In this document: piece after piece, positions 47,822 through 52,205 of the stretch
How positions within the stretch are numbered: the first letter of the stretch is position 1
Layout of the letters: each line of letters opens with the position of its first letter
From: Gemmatimonadota bacterium
GTDB taxonomy: Bacteria > Gemmatimonadota > Gemmatimonadetes > Gemmatimonadales > GWC2-71-9
Reading direction: 5' to 3'
Length of the DNA stretch: 52,205 nt
NCBI GenBank assembly: GCA_041484445.1
Contig: JBGPHP010000002.1
Location: 1-52,205 of the forward strand
The notes under the pieces: generated by a model
Told to the model about the DNA's origin: nothing
The model's input: only the letters and a program-made list of their open reading frames with translations
The model's database searches: none
Position numbers and translations under genes: made by a program

Positions 47822-49191
47822 GTGGAGTCCTTCTTGGCCGTGGAATCGGGAACCGGCGGACGGGGCTCCAGGTGGACGCCGTCGGCCCGCCCGCCGACGG
47901 TGACCCGGTCGATGTGCGCCTGCTTCAGAACGATATCGATGGTCTTGCCGCGCGAGTAGTTCAGCGCCGGGGCGCTGGTGGAATCGCGTCCGTACATGTG
48001 CGTCAGCGCGCGCGCCGACCCGCGGGCGATGATGCGGCGGATACGGCTGCGGGGCGTTCCCGTCGAGTCGCGCTCTTGTGCCCACCGCGCGGTCAGCGTA
48101 TCGCCGGCGATGCAGTCCACCGAAGTGCCGAGGCAGCTGGAGAGGCAATCGGTGTTGTCGCCGGTGCACGTCCCGCGCACGCCGGGGACGGTGGAATCGC
48201 GCTTGGAGGCGGAGAAGGCCCGGCCGAACCCACGGCCCTCGGTGAGGACCTGGTCCGGCACGTCGAGGGCCAGCGAGTCGGCCCGGATGTCCTGCAGGGC
48301 CGAAACGGCATGGGGGCGCAAGCCGGTCCCCCAGGCGAACGCCTGCTGCAGCTTGCGGCGCTCGATCGCGAGATGGACCGTGTCGGCGGTGAGCACCCAG
48401 TCGACGCTCGTCGCTTTGCCGTTGCCCAGTGCTTTGACCTTGCGGATCTCCCGGGCCTGCAAGGCGAGCTCGATGCGCGTGCCGGTGAGAGTGTAGCTCT
48501 GGGCGCCCTTTCCCTGCACCTTCGGGCTGCCGATCAGGATCCCCTGCCCGGCCGCCTGATCGAGCAGCATGGAGTCGGCCTGCGCCGCGAAGTCGCTGCG
48601 ATCAATGGTCGACTTGCCGCCGGACCACATGCGATCGTTGCCTTTGAACCGGACCCGGTCCGCCACGATGACGTAGGGCTCGGTGGTGTCGGCCGCGCCG
48701 CCGCCCCGATACTGAATCGTGGGACGCTGCGTGGCGAACATCTCGACCGTATCGCGGATGCCGGCCGCGGACCGCCAGTAGGTGAGGTTCGGGCCGCGCA
48801 GCACCGAGCCGTTGCTCCGGTTCACCGCCACGACGTTGTTGTGTGCCTCGAGCTTCTCCTCGAGCCGGTAGTAGGACGCCAGGTTGGCGTCCAGCGTCAT
48901 GGAGGTATCGCGGATGCGTACCGTGCCGATGAGATCCAGCCGGTTCGCGGGGGCGACCCAGATCATGCTGTCGGCGGCAAGGGTGGTGGTCGTTCCCTGG
49001 CAGTGCGCCCGCACGCCGCCCCCCGCATAGATGTTCTGCACGCCGGGGGCAACCTCCACCTGTCGACCTTGATGGCCCACGGTGTCCACGACGAGGACGC
49101 AGGGACGCCCACGGCTCGAATCGGCCGGCGGGGTGGGGGGCGGTGCCGCCACGGGTTGCTGCAGCGAGAGCAGGAGGACGGGGACGATCAC
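47818..49191 (-). CDS. lptA: OstA/LptA-family periplasmic LPS transport protein (enlarged, 457 aa)
   Basis: Sits between lptC and lptB. Has repeated OstA-like beta-jellyroll-type segments (..[19 protein letters not shown].., ..[13 protein letters not shown].., ..[11 protein letters not shown]..). The N-terminal hydrophobic leader is short, so the start is uncertain. Confidence 0.65.
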   Translation of the reverse strand: MIVPVLLLSLQQPVAAPPPTPPADSSRGRPCVLVVDTVGHQGRQVEVAPGVQNIYAGGGVRAHCQGTTTTLAADSMIWVAPANRLDLIGTVRIRDTSMTLDANLASYYRLEEKLEAHNNVVAVNRSNGSVLRGPNLTYWRSAAGIRDTVEMFATQRPTIQYRGGGAADTTEPYVIVADRVRFKGNDRMWSGGKSTIDRSDFAAQADSMLLDQAAGQGILIGSPKVQGKGAQSYTLTGTRIELALQAREIRKVKALGNGKATSVDWVLTADTVHLAIERRKLQQAFAWGTGLRPHAVSALQDIRADSLALDVPDQVLTEGRGFGRAFSASKRDSTVPGVRGTCTGDNTDCLSSCLGTSVDCIAGDTLTARWAQERDSTGTPRSRIRRIIARGSARALTHMYGRDSTSAPALNYSRGKTIDIVLKQAHIDRVTVGGRADGVHLEPRPPVPDSTAKKDST

Positions 49192-49757
49192 TGGTTGGGC
49201 AGCGTGAAATGGCCGCCGCTGCCTCGCGGGCGTTGGGCGGTGACATTGCGGAAATTGGGGTCCGACACGAACCCGTCACCCTCGACGTGCCGTCCCGGGG
49301 CGTCGAAGACGAACGCCAGGTCGGAGGACACCTGGTTCGTCACCTGCCGGTAGCGCATGACCTCGCTCCTGAGCGTGCGCCCGTCTCCCGCTCCCACGAC
49401 GACCACATGGCCGCGGCCCTCCATGTCGCCCGTCGCCCAGTGATAGGTGCCCTCGCGGGCGGTCATGGTGGACGTCTCGTTGCCGTTGGTGTCGTAGAAC
49501 GTGATGTGCACGTTGCGCAGCTCGGCGACTTCCATGGGCTGATAGAAGTAGGCCGAATCGGCGCGCACCTGGGCCCGGACGATCCCGTTACTGGTGACAT
49601 AATGGGACATGTTGATCAGGAGCTGATCGGCGGTGTCGGCGGCGGTCACGGTGGCAGTCGGCTTGACGCCGGAACTGCAAGACGACGTCAAGGCGAGAAA
49701 CGTCACGACGAGAGACGTCGAGACGAACAACGTCGAGAGGAGAGACGTCTTTCGCAT
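49188..49757 (-). CDS. lptC: LptC-like LPS export protein (possible lipoprotein)
   Basis: 189 aa with a signal/anchor and a possible lipobox (FLALTSSC). Beta-rich body. Lies directly between kdsD and lptA, as in the canonical kdsD-kdsC-lptC-lptA-lptB order. Confidence 0.6.
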   Translation of the reverse strand: MRKTSLLSTLFVSTSLVVTFLALTSSCSSGVKPTATVTAADTADQLLINMSHYVTSNGIVRAQVRADSAYFYQPMEVAELRNVHITFYDTNGNETSTMTAREGTYHWATGDMEGRGHVVVVGAGDGRTLRSEVMRYRQVTNQVSSDLAFVFDAPGRHVEGDGFVSDPNFRNVTAQRPRGSGGHFTLPNQ

Positions 49758-50732
49758 CTACACCGCTCCTGCCTTCATGAGATCATGCAAATGGACCATG
49801 CCGACGATCTTCTTTCCCCCATCCAGGACCGGCAAGGCCATGATCCCGTGCCGCTCCATCAGCTCGACGGCGGCCGAGGCGAGCATGTCGGCCGTGGTCG
49901 TCTGCGGCGTCCGCGTCATCACCTCACGCACCGGCAGATCGAGAAACTGGTCGGTCCGCTCCATCAGCCGGGTCAGATCGCCCGCCGTGACGATGCCTGC
50001 GAGCTCCCCGGCCGCGGTAACGACCGCCACCGTGCCGCGTTTCTCCGCGAGCAGCACCACGCACTCACGCATCGGGCGCTCGGGCGCGAGCGTCGGCAGT
50101 CCGCTCGTGAGCATCACATCTCCCACGCGCAGCAACAGCCGCCGCCCCAGCGAGCCCCCCGGGTGGAGCGCCGCGAAGTCCTCACGCCGGAATCCCTTGA
50201 CCTCGAGCAGGGTCACGGCGAGGGCGTCGCCCAGGGCCAGCGCCACCGTGGTGCTCGTCGTGGGGGCCAGCGTCTCGGCGCAGGCCTCTTCAGCGTCGCC
50301 CGCGTCGAGCACGACGGTCGCGGCCCGGGCGAGCGCGGACTCCGGCCCGCCGGTGACGGCGACGATCGGCACGCCGAGGCGCTTCAGCTGCTCCACTAGG
50401 CCGAACAGCTCGTCGGACTCGCCGCTCTTGGAGAGCAGCACGGCCACGTCGTCCCGTCCCACGATCCCCAGGTCCCCATGGAGCGAGTCCACGGGATGGA
50501 GAAAGGTCGCCGGCGTACCGGTCGAGGTGAACGTCGCGGCGATCTTACGCGCGATGAGCCCCGACTTGCCCACTCCCGAAACGATCAGGCGCCCGCGCGC
50601 GGCCGCCAGGAGCTCCACGGCGCGCGCGAACGGTGCCCCGAGCTCCCGGGCGACGCGTTGGATCGCATCGCCTTCGAGCGCCAGGACGCGGCGACCCCGC
50701 TCAACGAGATCGGGCGCCGTGCCGGGCGACAT
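49758..50732 (-). CDS. kdsD: Arabinose-5-phosphate isomerase (KdsD/KpsF; SIS + tandem CBS)
   Basis: SIS motif GRLIVSGVGKSGLIARKIAATFTSTGTPA, then a CBS pair (VGDVM...VVTAAGELAGIVTAGDL; VREVM...LPVLDGGKKIVGMVHLHDL). Confidence 0.9.
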   Translation of the reverse strand: MSPGTAPDLVERGRRVLALEGDAIQRVARELGAPFARAVELLAAARGRLIVSGVGKSGLIARKIAATFTSTGTPATFLHPVDSLHGDLGIVGRDDVAVLLSKSGESDELFGLVEQLKRLGVPIVAVTGGPESALARAATVVLDAGDAEEACAETLAPTTSTTVALALGDALAVTLLEVKGFRREDFAALHPGGSLGRRLLLRVGDVMLTSGLPTLAPERPMRECVVLLAEKRGTVAVVTAAGELAGIVTAGDLTRLMERTDQFLDLPVREVMTRTPQTTTADMLASAAVELMERHGIMALPVLDGGKKIVGMVHLHDLMKAGAV

Positions 50733-51273
50733 CGCCCCGCTCCTCCAGATACTGACGTACCAGGCCGTCCCACGCCCCGCGGGCCTTGAGGATGGTCTCG
50801 GCGATCTCCCGGGCGGCGCCGTGGCCCCCCGGGGCGGTGGTGACGTGCCGGGCAGCGGCCTTCACTTCGGCGACCGCGTTCGCGACCGCGATCGGGAAGG
50901 CGACCCGCGTGAGCAGCGGCAGGTCGGCGAGATCGTCTCCCGCGAAGGCGCACTCGTCGAAGCCGATTCCGCGCCGTGCGAGAATCGCCTCGAACGCCGG
51001 AAGCTTCTGCGCCGCGTCGTCTTGCACCACGTCGTCCACCCCGATCTCGCGCGCCCGCAGCGTGGTCGCCTCCGAGACCCGTCCGCTCACGAGCACCACG
51101 GTGATCCCCGCGGCACGCAGCAGCTTCACGGCGAGCCCATCCTGGATGTCGAACCGTTTCAACTCCACGGCGTGGTCGCCGACGCGTCCGAGGTAGACGC
51201 CGCCGTCGGTGAGGACGCCGTCCACGTCGAAGCCGACGAGGCGCAGGCGACGGGCCAGCTCCGCGTCAAGCAC
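50701..51273 (-). CDS. kdsC: Kdo-8-phosphate phosphatase KdsC (HAD family)
   Basis: The ORF was trimmed to the GTG at 51273, which overlaps the kdsA stop by 8 nt. HAD motif I FDVDGVLTDG, then DIQDGLAVKLL and GDDLADLP. Confidence 0.85.
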   Translation of the reverse strand: MLDAELARRLRLVGFDVDGVLTDGGVYLGRVGDHAVELKRFDIQDGLAVKLLRAAGITVVLVSGRVSEATTLRAREIGVDDVVQDDAAQKLPAFEAILARRGIGFDECAFAGDDLADLPLLTRVAFPIAVANAVAEVKAAARHVTTAPGGHGAAREIAETILKARGAWDGLVRQYLEERGDVARHGARSR

Positions 51274-52084
51274 GGACCGGCGCTCCGCGTACCCGCTGCC
51301 AGAGGTCGAGCGCCAGCGCCACCACGCCGGGCAGCTCCTCGAGCGAGAGCATGTTCGGTCCGTCGCTCGGCGCATGGGCCGGGTCGGGATGGGTCTCGAG
51401 GAAGAATCCGTCCGCTCCGGCCGCGGCCGCCGCGTACAGCAGCGGCGGAATGAATTGGCGCAGGCCGCCGCTCGCGCCGTCGTCGCCCTGCCCCGGCTGT
51501 TGCACCGAATGCGTGGCGTCGAAGACGACCGGCGTGTCGCACGCCGCACGCAGCCGGGCGAAGCTGCGCATGTCCACGACGAGGTCCCCGTAGCCGTAAA
51601 ACGTGCCCCGCTCCGTCACCGCCACTTCCGCCGCACCCCCGCCGCGCACCTTCTCGACCGCGCCCGCCATCTGCTCGGGCGCCATCCACTGCCCCTTCTT
51701 CACGTTCACGGCCCGGCCCGACTTCCCGGCCGCGACCAGCAAGTCCGTCTGGCGGCACAGGAAGGCCGGGATCTGCAGCACGTCGGCGACCTCGGCGGCG
51801 GCGGCCACCTGGGCGACCTCGTGTACGTCGGTGAGCAGCGGGAGGCCGGTCGCCGCCCGCACCCGCTCGAGGGCCCGCAGCCCTTCGTCCAGGCCGGGGC
51901 CGCGTTTCGCCGCGAGCCGGGAGCGGTTGGCCTTGTCGAAGGAGGCCTTGTAGATGACGTGCAGTCCCGTGCGGGCGCCGAGCGCCACGAGGGCTTCGGC
52001 GACCTGGAGATTCAGGGCGTCGGATTCGATCACACAGGGCCCCGCGATGAGGAACGGGGCCGAGCCGTCGCCGAACTGGGGCAT
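51266..52084 (-). CDS. kdsA: 3-deoxy-8-phosphooctulonate (Kdo-8-P) synthase KdsA
   Basis: FLIAGPCVIES...KASFDKANRS...LQIPAFLCRQTDLL...NVKKGQ...DATHSVQ are KdsA motifs. 272 aa. Confidence 0.95.
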   Translation of the reverse strand: MPQFGDGSAPFLIAGPCVIESDALNLQVAEALVALGARTGLHVIYKASFDKANRSRLAAKRGPGLDEGLRALERVRAATGLPLLTDVHEVAQVAAAAEVADVLQIPAFLCRQTDLLVAAGKSGRAVNVKKGQWMAPEQMAGAVEKVRGGGAAEVAVTERGTFYGYGDLVVDMRSFARLRAACDTPVVFDATHSVQQPGQGDDGASGGLRQFIPPLLYAAAAAGADGFFLETHPDPAHAPSDGPNMLSLEELPGVVALALDLWQRVRGAPVRA

Positions 52085-52085
52085 G

Positions 52086-52205
52086 TCAGCCGGTGGTGCG
52101 GGCGGCCAGGGAGGCCGGCACGCCGGCGGCGGCCGGACGAACGGTGCGGCCGGCGAGCGCGGCGCCGATGAAGCCGGCGAACAGGGGGTGCGGGCGCATC
52201 GGCCG
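52086..52205 (-). CDS. pyrG: CTP synthase PyrG, C-terminal end only (gene continues beyond window)
   Basis: Read by hand on the - strand: ...RPMRPHPLFAGFIGAALAGR...TTG, with a TGA stop at 52086-52088, 1 nt before the kdsA ATG. HPLFAGF matches the conserved PyrG glutaminase-domain C-terminus (E. coli ...GHPLFAGFVKAA). pyrG-kdsA synteny is common. Confidence 0.55.
   Translation of the reverse strand, partial: RPMRPHPLFAGFIGAALAGRTVRPAAAGVPASLAARTTG

Overview
GC-rich (roughly 70% G+C by eye), very compact bacterial chromosome segment. Gene content points to a diderm of the Gemmatimonadota/FCB type: a bifunctional LpxC/FabZ, BshC, bamA-skp-lpxD synteny and many GTGA/ATGA start-stop overlaps. The taxon cannot be verified from here. 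The left 35.5 kb carries 35 CDS and 2 tRNAs, all on the + strand. It starts with clpC (partial), then an envelope super-operon (bamA-skp-lpxD-lpxC/fabZ-lpxA-oxidoreductase-lpxB-DUF374-lpxK) that runs without gaps into gdh, rlmH, an AMMECR1 gene, a methyltransferase and bshC. Next come murJ, uvrC, a ThrC-like gene, larC, two paralogous secreted TPR proteins flanking tRNA-Gly(CCC) and phhA, and then housekeeping genes (DUF512, der, plsY, gpsA, surE, pcm, dedA, acyP, apt, tRNA-Arg(CCT)). The right 16.7 kb is almost entirely on the - strand. It holds pyrG (partial), kdsA-kdsC-kdsD-lptC-lptA-lptB-rpoN, a GtrB/ArnC-like GT2, then a glycoconjugate operon (CE4-like, GT4, MprF-flippase-like, YfhO-like GT-C, Ppm1-like GT2) and dapF. 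The two arms converge on an 80-bp AT-rich island that contains a strong dif-like XerC/D site, so the window probably spans the replication terminus. I found no CRISPR array, IS element, integrase, phage genes or recognisable defence genes. The main leads are: (1) the dif/terminus candidate; (2) an intrinsic terminator with an alternative pairing and a Tyr-rich mini-ORF directly upstream of phhA, a possible attenuator; (3) LptB carrying an unrecognised 144-codon N-terminal extension coupled to lptA; (4) a Gtr-like three-component periplasmic glycosylation module that uses an MprF-type flippase-like protein; (5) non-canonical genes embedded in the lipid A operon, a Gfo/Idh/MocA oxidoreductase and a DUF374/LpxJ-like protein; (6) a methyltransferase coupled to bshC.
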